Of a DNA stretch of 32,493 bases, positions 1 through 11,100 are shown one piece after another. The stretch is from positions 1 to 32,493 of IMG/VR virus record IMGVR_UViG_3300013125_000024; one strand, given 5' to 3'. The notes beneath the pieces were generated by a model. That model was not told the DNA's origin and searched no databases. It was given only the letters and a program-made list of their open reading frames with translations. This DNA is from a virus. Its lineage: Duplodnaviria; Caudoviricetes. The position numbers and the translations under genes were made by a program. Within the stretch, counting starts at the first letter, position 1, and each line of letters starts with the position of its first letter.

Positions 1-1527
1 CCGCCTGAGGACCTCGACCCCTATGTGTTCCTGAGGAACGGGGGCTACATCGACGAACATGGCGTGGCTGTCGATGAGAAGCACATCAATGACGCCACTT
101 ACGCTGGGAAGAACATCTACCGGGTCATGGCAGGCAGTCAGGACAATGGTGCCCTTCAGCCAGAAGCGGGCATCTTCACCGAGCACCGCATCGAGGTGGC
201 CCACACATCCAATGGGGTTCTGCCTGTTACCGAGCAGACCGATGGCTTCGACGCAGAACGGTTGCCCCCATCGGACCCGGACACACCTGGCGAGTCTGCC
301 AACAAGCCCTTCATCGAGTGTGTCCTGGGCACCGTCGTGGGCAATGACCCCTTCTCTGCCCAAGGCCGGATGGAGTATGGCCTGCCCCTGGTGGCAGAAG
401 TCTTTGACCCCTTGGGCAATCTCAGTCCCCGGACTCGGGCTGCACGGATTGCTGCATCTGACCAGGATGAGTCTGATGCTCTGGGGGAGCACGCTGCCAC
501 CCTGTTCAAGCTGACGCCCATCACGGGCAAGCTGGCTCCGACCTGGTGGTCCGTGAACAAGAAGGGCCAGGTTCGAGCCAACTTCTCTGGTGCCCCCAAC
601 GAGTTCAGTCTCGATGCGGCTATCGCAGGTGGGATGAGGGTTGCTGTCGGTGGGCGTCTCGAACTCATCCTTCAGGGCGGCATTCATTTCGGCACGAACT
701 CCAAGCACAGCTTGCGGCTTCGCAGCGAGCAGGGACCTGTCGTCATCTATGGTGGTGGCCCCACAGCCGACGAAGAAGCGGCGATGGAGCGGGCGTATGG
801 CACCAGTGGGGGCGATGGTGAACTGCCTGCGGTGGACATCGTGTCCCGTACCAGCACACGCATCCAAGCGGAGCGGGCCATTCTCGTCAAGGGGCAGAAG
901 GTTGAACTCAATGCCTCGTCGGTGAAGCTGGTTGCCTTGGACGAGATGGAACTGTCCACATCCAAGCAGCTTACGGTGGCCTGCACGGATCTCAAGACCA
1001 CGGTGAACGGCAAGCAGACTGACACCTACATGGGGCCGAAGAACTCCCTGCCGACCAATGGAGCTTTGCACGAACGCAGCTATAACCCATCGTATGCAGG
1101 GCTTGTCTGCGAGGAAGTTACCTATCTCTGGGGTGACCGGGAGGAGACGTTCAAGCTCGGCAATCACACCACGCACGTCGTTGTGGGCAACATGACCTAC
1201 AAGACAGACAAGGGCACTTGGAAGGCTCAGGCAGGCATCAACACCCTGACGCTGGACTCCACCGACGGACTCAAGGGTCAGGTGGTGGTCGGCGATGTGT
1301 CCCTGACAGCGGCGGCAGGTTCAGCCCAGATGAAGGCCAGCGTGTCTGCTCTGGTGGAGGCCAAGGGACCGGCAACGCTGCGGTCCTCCACGGTGCTGAA
1401 GCTGGGGGCTCCGATTTCTGGTCCAGATCAGGGGCCGATCATCTGCGCCGGAAGTCTCGAACCTTTCACACATTTGCCCTACCTGACCTGGGGTGCCGGG
1501 GCCAAAAATCACATTGTAGGTATTTGA
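1..1527 (+). CDS. Putative baseplate central spike / hub protein (gp5/gpV/VgrG-like C-terminus), 5'-truncated
   Basis: The frame is open from base 1 (PPEDLDPYVFLRNGGY...), so the GTG at 25 is probably internal. The C-terminal third has short-period beta-strand repeats (GDREETFKLGNHTTHVVVGNMTYKTDKGTWKAQAG...GDVSLTAAAGSAQMKAS) like spike beta-helices, and ends in an IICAGSLEPFTHLPY tip-like segment. It lies in an operon with gp25-, J- and I-like genes. Family call is inference. Confidence 0.6.
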   Translation, partial: PPEDLDPYVFLRNGGYIDEHGVAVDEKHINDATYAGKNIYRVMAGSQDNGALQPEAGIFTEHRIEVAHTSNGVLPVTEQTDGFDAERLPPSDPDTPGESANKPFIECVLGTVVGNDPFSAQGRMEYGLPLVAEVFDPLGNLSPRTRAARIAASDQDESDALGEHAATLFKLTPITGKLAPTWWSVNKKGQVRANFSGAPNEFSLDAAIAGGMRVAVGGRLELILQGGIHFGTNSKHSLRLRSEQGPVVIYGGGPTADEEAAMERAYGTSGGDGELPAVDIVSRTSTRIQAERAILVKGQKVELNASSVKLVALDEMELSTSKQLTVACTDLKTTVNGKQTDTYMGPKNSLPTNGALHERSYNPSYAGLVCEEVTYLWGDREETFKLGNHTTHVVVGNMTYKTDKGTWKAQAGINTLTLDSTDGLKGQVVVGDVSLTAAAGSAQMKASVSALVEAKGPATLRSSTVLKLGAPISGPDQGPIICAGSLEPFTHLPYLTWGAGAKNHIVGI

Positions 1528-2121
1528 GTGCTGACTCCGCCTGTCATCTACGCTGAACTGGCGGCTGCACGAACTGCGGGTCAGTTCGGCTTTGCAGGCT
1601 ACAACTTTGATCAGTTGGCCTGGGCCATTGCCTATGCAGTGTCCGCTTGGCTCAAGACAGCAGGGGTCACTCTCAGGGGGGTTGCAGTAGGTACGGCGGG
1701 CGTGGGCACCATCAATGTTCCTGCTTCCAAATTGTTGCTGGCTCCGAACCCCTCCTTGGTCATTTCCGGGCTGCAAAGCGCAGGGATGAACGGTCCGCTC
1801 TCGGTGTCCTTGGGCACTGTTGTGGCTATCGGATTGGCTAAGGCAGTGACGACCTACGGTCAGTATGCCGGGGGCGTTGCTGGAGTGGGTGTGGGAGGCG
1901 ATGTGTCGAAGGCTGCAACCGTGAATGCACCCAGTCTGATCTCCCAGTTGAAGGTCTTCATGGCCTCCATCCTGGGACCTGGTGCAGCGTCGGCTCAGAT
2001 GGCAACAGGTCTCGGGACGGGCATTGCAGCATTGGCCCTCACGCTCACCGGAGTGGGTAACGTGGTGGGATCTCCCAGCCTCGTCTCGGCGTCTGGGCAG
2101 TCAACCTCTGTGGTGGTTTGA
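1528..2121 (+). CDS. Gly/Ala/Val-rich hydrophobic 197-aa virion-associated protein with three internal repeats
   Basis: The GTG start directly abuts the upstream TGA and the ORF fills the gap to the next gene. Repeated helix plus Gly-rich strand units. Function unknown. Confidence 0.8.
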   Translation: MLTPPVIYAELAAARTAGQFGFAGYNFDQLAWAIAYAVSAWLKTAGVTLRGVAVGTAGVGTINVPASKLLLAPNPSLVISGLQSAGMNGPLSVSLGTVVAIGLAKAVTTYGQYAGGVAGVGVGGDVSKAATVNAPSLISQLKVFMASILGPGAASAQMATGLGTGIAALALTLTGVGNVVGSPSLVSASGQSTSVVV

Positions 2122-2123
2122 TC

Positions 2124-5100
2124 ATGGGCTTCACGTTCGATGGACATGTCCTCCGTGCCCCGCTGCTGGCTCCCGGCAATGCCGCTACGTCAGGGGAACC
2201 CATCAACGGTGTTGTCCGAGATGTGCGGCGGCCCCCAGCTACTCGGAACGCAGCCCAACCGCAAGTCTCTGGTATGCCTGGCATCAGAGCACTCGTGGAT
2301 CTTTGTGGTGACCAGTACAGGGCTGCTGTGCTCCATGCCCCTGGAACGAGCCCTCATGAGTACCTCGTGTGGGCCGCCAACTCATCCCAGTTGGCTCTGG
2401 TATCTGACCCTTCGTGGTGGACCAACCTGGGTACTGGCAGCATTCCGGTGGGCACCGAGACGGTTGGCAACCTGGTCACCCCGACAGCCCCTTACAAGGA
2501 TGGCACCCTCCGCCTGGTGGTGGCTGACAACGGTGACCGCGAGATCAGCACCATCACCCACCTCGTTGTGGCCCGGGGCGATAAGACCTACAACGACCTC
2601 GGCTGGGTAAACCAGGACAACCCCGCAGCCGGGCGTCTCGGCACTGCACCCTACGAGGTTGTGGCTCCGGCGGCAGCCGACCAGAATGGAACCTCTGGTC
2701 TGGTGACCCTGAAGAACTACAACGTCTACACGGCCACGGGCAGTGGATTGACGGCGGGCACATTGGCGGCGGTGCTCGGGGGTGGGCTCTCTCTGAAGCG
2801 GGGGGACAAGATCCAGGAGGTGCGCTACACAGTGGCCCCCCTCAAGTTCTGGTGGACCCGGAACGACCGCTACGAGACTCGGTTTGGCTGGGATGGCAAG
2901 CTCCAGCGGTGGAAGCCGTACAAGGGTTCCGCCCCAGTCAACCTCGGGAAGTTGGCCTATGACACAGCCTACACCCTGAAGCCCAAGATGCGGACTCTGC
3001 CTCTGGGAGCTATCTTGACCGGCGATGCGTCCTCCCCCGACGAGTACGCAATGGTGCGGCTGGGTACCAGCCCAGGTGCCCAGAGCCTGCCTGTGGGCCT
3101 CCACGACCCGGACGGGTTCACAGGCATCGAGGTAGTGGCCGATGCCGACGTGGGACCCTACGACTTCTCCGGCAAGATTCTGGCTGGCGTTGTCGGGCAG
3201 AACAGTGGCATCCTGAAGTTCAACCCCGTGTACGCCCAGAAGAATGTGGGAAAGGTGGTGTGGTACGTCTACAGCACCTTCTCGGCAGAGGCTGACGGGG
3301 TGCTAGGGCCACTCCAGGGTGCGGATACCAACCCGCTGTACCTGGCACCGATCCCTGGGCCGACGGACCATCCGTTCATCCGCATTCAGAACCGCACACC
3401 GCTGACTGTGACCCAAGTGGACACCGAGGCTGACCTGGTGGCTGTGGCAGACCCGATGGAGGGCACATGCCTGGTGGCCCAGAGCACAGGGCGTTTGCGA
3501 CTCAGCCCCACGGACATTGCCAAGGCCAACCCAAAGAACCTGTCCCAGTTCAGCAAGCACTTCTTGGGTGCGTCAGTCATCTACGAGGGGGTGGCCCTCA
3601 ATGCCAGGCCACAACCTACCCGTTCGCCTGTGCCCTTGGTACAGGCCGATGGGGTGACAACAACTCTGGCACCTGTTGCTCCGATGTATTTGCCCCGGTC
3701 TCAGGTGTGGCCGGAGGACATTGAAGGTACGAGTCTGGAATCCTATATGGGTCTCGGGGTGTCCGGGGTACTCCAGATGCCAGATGGTACAGGAGCCGTG
3801 CCCACTCCCGAACTGGTGGACCCTGCCGGTGTGTCTGTGCCTGTGCGCCCGGGTGGCGACACCTTATTTCCTTCACCCCAGTCCCTGGGTTTGGTGTTGA
3901 CCATTGCCGATGGTGTGGGCGACACGATTCTGTTCTCACAGGCAGGAGCCATCCCTGAGGTGTTGGTGGTTGACCGCCAGAGCGATGTGCCCCTCCTACC
4001 CTTCCAGGTACCAGGGGGAAAGGCATACATCTCCAAGCAGATTCAGCCTTTGCCTGTGATTGGCTGGGGTGCCAAGGTGCAACTTGGGTCGGCGGACCGG
4101 ACTGCATTTGTGGGCAAGAAGGTCTACTTCCTCCAGGCATCTCTGAACCCTGCAACGTACACAGACAAGGCTCGGCTGTACTCCAAGGGTCGAATCATTT
4201 TCCGGTTTGATGGCACCGAGGTGCTCTACTTTGCCATCGGTGGTGTGATCCACGACTGGCACGCCAGCAGTTTGCCTTCCCAGAGCTTCTACTCGGCAGA
4301 TGAGGTGGCTGCCTCCATCCAAGCGCGGATCACGGCTCAGGGCGGGACGGGCCTTGCCACGGCGGTAGGGGACCGCATTTGCTTGGAGACGGTCAACCCG
4401 AACACGGGCACGGTGGAGATCGGTTGGGGCACGGTCAAGGACCTCAGTGGCTGTGCCGCGCTGGGCTTCTTGCCTGGCTGGCGGGCCAAGGGGGGTAAAC
4501 CCAACTGGCTCTCTGATGCAGGCATCTCGCTGGGCTTGTCCCGCAGCCTGCTGAATCTTGACCGGAGCAAGGCCACCTCGGACTACAGGGCTCGGACGAG
4601 GCTGGAGAATGTGACCCTGGCGGACTCCATCCAGTCCTCCCCGTTCACCTTCCTGGACTACCCCCCGGTGGAGGACATCTCTGGGTTCGATGACGGCGTG
4701 TTCTTCAACCTCCAGACCGTCTCGACCCAGGGCGCTGATGTACAACTCATCGACAAACGCCTGGAGCACTTCGAGGACATCCAGTATCGGTTCCCTGAGG
4801 GCAAGTTTGCCTGGCTCGAACAGGAGGTGTCCTCCAACCAGGTGCAGCAGAAGACCACAGCTTTGGCACTAGGCAGGGCCGCTGTGGTGCCGGAGACGCT
4901 GCTGGGCGCTCCAGGCATTGGTGGGGGTCTGTTCACTGCTGAGAGCGGTGGTCGGTATGCCTTCCAAGAGCAAGGGGTGGACTACATCCTCCCCGATGAT
5001 GGTTTGCCTGGTGTGGCCCAACTGGTCACCCGCTATGGCGCTCTGGTACTGACGGGCGCTCAAGGTGCCTTCACTCAGGGTGGGACGACCTTCACTGATC

Positions 5101-8100
5101 CCACTGCCGACTTCCTGGCGGACTCCACTGACCCGGACATCGATCCGGCCACGGGCCAACAGCGCATTGACAACCTGGGGGACCTGGTGTGGCTGCCAGT
5201 TCTTCGGGAGGGGTTCCGCATCAAGTTGCCTTCGGGCTCATACCTCGTGACAGCGGTGACGGACGCAACCCATGCAGAGGTCACTCCGGCCTTTGTGTCC
5301 TCATCCACGCGGCCTACACCGTGGGAAGCCTACATCGGTATTGCAGACAGCCTGTACGACCCGGCCATCGTGGCTGACGTGACGTACAAGCCTTTCGACC
5401 ACTTGCAGGATGAGCCCTTCAAGGTACGGGTCCTGTCTCCCTTGGGCACCATCGCAGGCAGTGACTTCTCGGCCTTTGTGGCTGATGCCGTTGCCAAGGG
5501 CCGGTTGATCTCCTTGCGGTTCGGTCCGGTCCATGCCAGCACAGGGGTGATGGCTACGCTGACCCCGTTGGCCGTGACCTCCCTGGGTGTGGTGGCGAAC
5601 AACGTGTTGGTGGCTCCTTGGACGGTCCATGTGGCTGAGGGGGCCTTCCAGATCCGGGTGGGGACCGAGACATACACCCCGGTGCCGGTGATGTCCTTCT
5701 CCCCGAACCCAGTGGGCGTGGAGTACCTGACGGGGGCTTGGAACGATGGTGTCACGGTGCATCCGCAGGGTGAACTGAAGTTTGCGGCCAGCGTGCTCTC
5801 GGACCTGCAATCCAGTCAGGTGGTTCTGGCAGAGACGCTCAGGGTATCAACGAACTTGGCCAGTGGGCAGGCGGAGTATGACCCCAAGACGGGTGCCCTT
5901 CGTATCGCTGCGGCTGATGTCTCCACCCACGCGGGCAAGATGCTCTACTTCGTGGAGCAGATGATCACCAAGGGTGTGTACCGCGATGTGGGCGTCTCCC
6001 CCTTGGTGGGGGCGGTGAGCTTCACCAAGCCCATGTCGCCGGGGGCCTTGGTCGAGATGGTCTACTGGTTGGCTGACACGGAAGGCCGTCGGGTGGGCAC
6101 CCCCACGGACACGGTGACCGAGTTCCTGCCGGTGTTCGTCCGGGGTGAAGTGGCAACGCGGCTGTCCGACCGTGAGTTCGAGTTGGACCCCAATGGTGTG
6201 CAGGTCTGGGATGACCGTATGGAGCCTGTGGTCTACATCGGCCCTACGCAGCAGAACTTCGGCACGGTGGACTTCACAACTGACCGACCGGGGAATCTCA
6301 AGGGTCTGCGCCTGAACTTCAACCGGGCGATGGCCACTTGGATTGATCCTGTGGCGACCTACGCGGTGTTCAATGCCCAGGGTGGGGAGCGGACCTACAG
6401 CACGTCGCAGTCGCCGGTCTATCGGCCTCCATTCTTCATCCAGGCCAAGCGGGACAACTTCGGTTTGCGGGGTGACCGCACGGCAGACTTTGTGCCTGGG
6501 CAGATGCTGCGGCTTGGGGCTGAGTGTTTCTACCTCACCCAGATCAGGTACTTCGCGCCGACGGATCAGACTCGCATCGACATCTACCCGCCCACGACCT
6601 TGGAAGTGGGATCGCGGTCACCGGGCAACGATGTGCTGGCTCTCATCACTTCGGTTCCCATCACGACAATGCTCTACCCGGATGGGCCTACACCTGTGCC
6701 GACCACGGCCAAGGCCGGGTTCATGCAGGTGGTGCCAACCACGACCTTCCCCTTCGAGCCCGTCAATGCTCGGCAGGCCAGCATGACCTTCCGGGGGGAT
6801 TTGTCCCAGTTCGCTGTGCCAGGGCACATCATGGAGATTGGGGGCAAACCTTTCACCATTGCCCAGGTGACTCTGAACGATGATGGCACTCGCACGCAGC
6901 TTGCGTTCACCACGGCGTTCCAGCAGGCCGTAGACCCCGCAGGCACAACCATCAAGCTCTCCTACCGGCCGGTCTACCCACCGGAGGTGCGGGAGTTCGT
7001 GGGTAAGGGGCCAGTGGTTGCCAGTGAGGGCACGGAACTCATCTTGTTCGGCGAGACAATTGGGGGCATCGAGCAGCCTGGGCGCAGCCTGGCGGAAGGT
7101 ACAGAGTTCAGCCTCGATTCTGAGACGGGTGTGGTGCAACTCTTGGGGCCGTTGCAGGCTCCTTTGGGTCCGGGTCAGCGCCTTGTTCTGGCGTTCACTC
7201 AGATGCGGGTGCTGGAGCCCTTCTTCTCTGGTGGCACTGTGGTGTTCCCCCGGTGGTCAGCCAACTACCGTTACAACACCATCCCCTCGAATGATAACGG
7301 TTTCCTGGGCGGCAGGCTTACGGCGACCTACACGTTTGACAACCCGGACACGTTCTACTTCAGGGCACTCCCGCTGAAGTCCTATCTGGGGGAAGCCCTC
7401 ACTCAGGCTTTGGCCGAGATGTCTCAGGGTCAGCCGTCGAGCGGGCCGAGACTCACCACAACAGCGGGGACCCAGAACTGGGAGCAGGGAAACACTGGGC
7501 TGCTGGCACAGCAGCGTGACTTGTTCCAGAAGGACCGGGCAGCACGAGCTTTCCTGAGCTTCTACAACGACACCATCGTGGCCTTCGAGCAGGTGGATGA
7601 GACGATCACTGGCGAGTTCATCGGGGATCGGAGTGGCAAGTTCCGGTTCTTTGTGGGCCGGGGTTTGGAGTATGCACCTCCGGGTTACGAAGATGAGATC
7701 ACGGGAGACTTGAACCCCAACAACATCTGGGCACAGGTCTTCAACGAGGCTGACCCCACACGGAACATCACGTTCCTGGCGGGCAAGGACCCATTGGTCA
7801 TCCCCGTCTCTTGCACCATGACCAATTTGCTCTTGTCGGGGCCGCCCTTGGGCGTGTCTACGCTGGGGCATCTTCAGTATCAGCAGGTGCTGCGGGTTCG
7901 CAACGACGTGGACGATGTGCTGCTTCTCCAGGCATCCAAGCCTCGGAAGGTGACGACCTCGGCTCCGCCCTACTTCACGGTGCAGAATGGGGGCATCTAT
8001 TCTCGGATGGGCCTGCCCCACAAGTTCTCCCGTCTGTACCCTACGACAGCGGGGGTGTTCTTCACTCTCCAGCCAGGCATCGAAGCGGACCTGGCGGCAG

Positions 8101-11100
8101 GCAACGTGGGCACCTATGCCTACAGCAAGGTGAACTCCACGACAGGGAAGGCAGAGAGCACCCACAACGAGCAGGTCGGCCAAGTGGCCAATCCGGTGCG
8201 GGGTGACATTGAAGCCATCTCGGTGAGCACACTGCGCCCTCGTGCAGCCCGTGCCCGCATCTGGGGCTACTACCCCAACGGGTTGCCCACAGCGGCCTTT
8301 GGCACGGCCATTGCCCGCCCTTGCATGGTGCTGTCGGCTGTCCCCCTGGCCCAACTCCCCATCTCGCCTCTCACGGGCTTCCCTGACCCCACCAAGTTCT
8401 TGTCCCAGTCGCCTACGGGCACGGTGCCAGATGCAGTTGCAGGGGACCCCGAGATGGCACTCCCCGGCTTCAAGGCAGGGGACAAGATTGCTTTGGGCAG
8501 ACCGGACGGCAGCTTCCTGGTGGCGGCCTACCCCGAAGAAGTGGACGTTTTCGGGCAGAAGATGTTCACGGCGGTTCTGATTGACACGGTGCAGTTCGGC
8601 TGTGTGGTGACATTCAAGAACCGCAAGGGTGCAGCCATTCTGTCCCCCAGCAAGATCCTGGTGGCGACAGCACCCAACGAGGGCACACCTGCGGACCAGT
8701 TCGGTATTGACAAGGCCGACACCCTCTACATCGTGCCTGCGGACACGGCAAACCCCATCTCAGACCCGGCTACCCAGTCGGCCACGATGGCAATGGCACA
8801 GCAGGCTGCGGCCACATCCCCGGCGTACCGGCAAGGCTTTGATTTGACGGTGCGGCCCGACGGCAGGGTGATGGACCAGTCGCTGCCCTCGTGGACTGAC
8901 CCATTCATGTTCCCTGTCAAGGAGATCCTGGGTCAGAAGTCACCCAAGCCCATGAGTCACGTCGAGGGTGTCGCCGATTTTGCCAACATGGATGAGGTGC
9001 CCATCGAGTTCCCTGCCCTTCAGGGGGCTGCACAGGACGACTCGGGCGACTACCAGATCCCGTACCGCAAAGGCACGGCCACAGAAATCGACCGCTTTGA
9101 TGAGCTTGGCAATCTTTTGGGCAGCCTGATGGCTCGGGATGTCTTGGCAGGTGGCTACTACCCCGACGAGATCCTGTTCACCAATGGTGAGGTCTTGGCT
9201 GCGGCGGTGTCTTTGGGCGGTGGCTCCTACAAGGAGCCCGCAACCCTGATGGCCCAGGCAAACGTGCTTCCCACGGCGACCTATGGTGCGGCCCCAGCGC
9301 GACCCGGTGACTTCGTGCTGGTTGATGTCGGGGGTGCAGAACCCGGCTGGCAGGGCATCCTGTCAGTGGGTGCCGTGCGGGAGCAGAACATCGGTGGCAC
9401 CGATTGGTCTTGGATTGAGCCCCCTCGGTTCCGTACCCAGACGAATAAGGGTTCACCTAGTCAGTATCTACTGAATAACTATGCAGTCCACACGACGCCG
9501 GGCAACTACCCGGTCAATCCTCAGGTGACCAACCCGCCTGGTGTGCGGATCTTCGATGATTCCGCTGGGGTCAAGACCATCCTGTCCTTCCAGGACACGG
9601 TGCTGGCCCTCAACGATGGCTCGGTACTGAGCACGGGCAACTTGAATGCCATCTTGGCGGCAGACCCTGCCAATGCCCTGGTGGTGAAGATCCTGAGCCG
9701 CCCAGATGGCACGGCTGTCAATGCCCCCGCAGGTCCTGGCACCTTCGTTCCAGCGTTGCAGGATGGCCGTCCGCTTCTGACGATCCACATCACGGGTGCA
9801 GCGGTGGTGTTCACCCCAGACCCAGCTCTGGGTGCCCCCGTGGGTGTGGCGCACCTTGGCGTGCAAGTGGGAACCTTTGACCCTGTGACGGGTGAGGTGC
9901 CTCCGGGCACCGTGGCAGACAGCAGGCACATCATCATCGATGGCGTCACTGGCTTGGCCTTCTTCAACGCGGCCTTCTTTGGTGCGAACTCCGACTGGTT
10001 CCTGCCCTTCACGGTAGCAGGCACTTTGCAGTCGAGTGCTTATGGCTGGGAGTACGCTCTGGACGTGGACTGCACCGCAGGGGGTAGCACCTCGGCCTTT
10101 ATCGGTTCCGACCGGTTGACCTTCCATGAGGCCCTGGACCTGCGGTTGTCCCGGCCACGGGATTTCATGCTCACCAACCCGAACCCACCGGGCTACAACT
10201 ACGAGACAGGTTTAGATGTCACGGGCGTTACGGTGGCTCTGGGTTCTCCTCCAGCACCTCCTGTGTTCTCGGGCATCAATGACGTGGCTCCGGGTGCTCT
10301 CAGCTTCGTGAGTCGGACAGGCTCCACGACACTGGCAGGTGGAACTTGGGCACCGGCCCCCACTCCGGCGGATGAGGGTACGCTGCGGGTCATGGCCTTC
10401 GAGTATGGAAACACTCCCATCACGGCATCCAACATCGTGGCCTCTGTGCAGGCTTCGCAGACGGTTGACCCCGCAGGCGGCGACATCCTCACGGGCAATG
10501 GTGTGGCCCTCCAGAACTGGATCTCGGCCATCACACCGACGGCAGGCCTAGTGTCCCAGGTTCTGAAGGGCGATGTGGTCTACATTGACCGGGCAGATTT
10601 AGCCCATCCTGATGCGGCCACGGAGAAGGCAGGCACCTATGTCGTCCGGCACGCGGTCGAACCTGATGGTGTGCTGGCCTACAAGGCCGTTTCGGTGAGT
10701 GCCCCAGTGGGATCTGGTGGTGGCTTCATCGCGACCCGGTTCCCTCGGGTGTTGTCCATCGACGTGGCGGGCTCGCGGTTGGCGCTCGACGACTACTCCA
10801 TGCTCCCTGCCACGGGCAAGGTCTTCATTGTGGTGTCCTACTCCGGGTTGAACAGTTCCGTGGCGGGCATCTTCCAGAAGGCCCTCATGAGCATTGACTT
10901 CACGGGACTGGACGGCTTGGGGCTCATCCTGGGGGCCGCCAACACTTGGCGCTGGGCGGATGACTCTATCATTGTGGCTCCTCTCACCGAGGTCACCAAC
11001 ACGATGGTGGCAGGCCAGTTGTGTTCCTGGCACGACACGCCAGTTGCAGGTGCAGGCCCATCCCTGCCTGGCCGTATGACCCTGAAGGTGGCGGTGCGTG

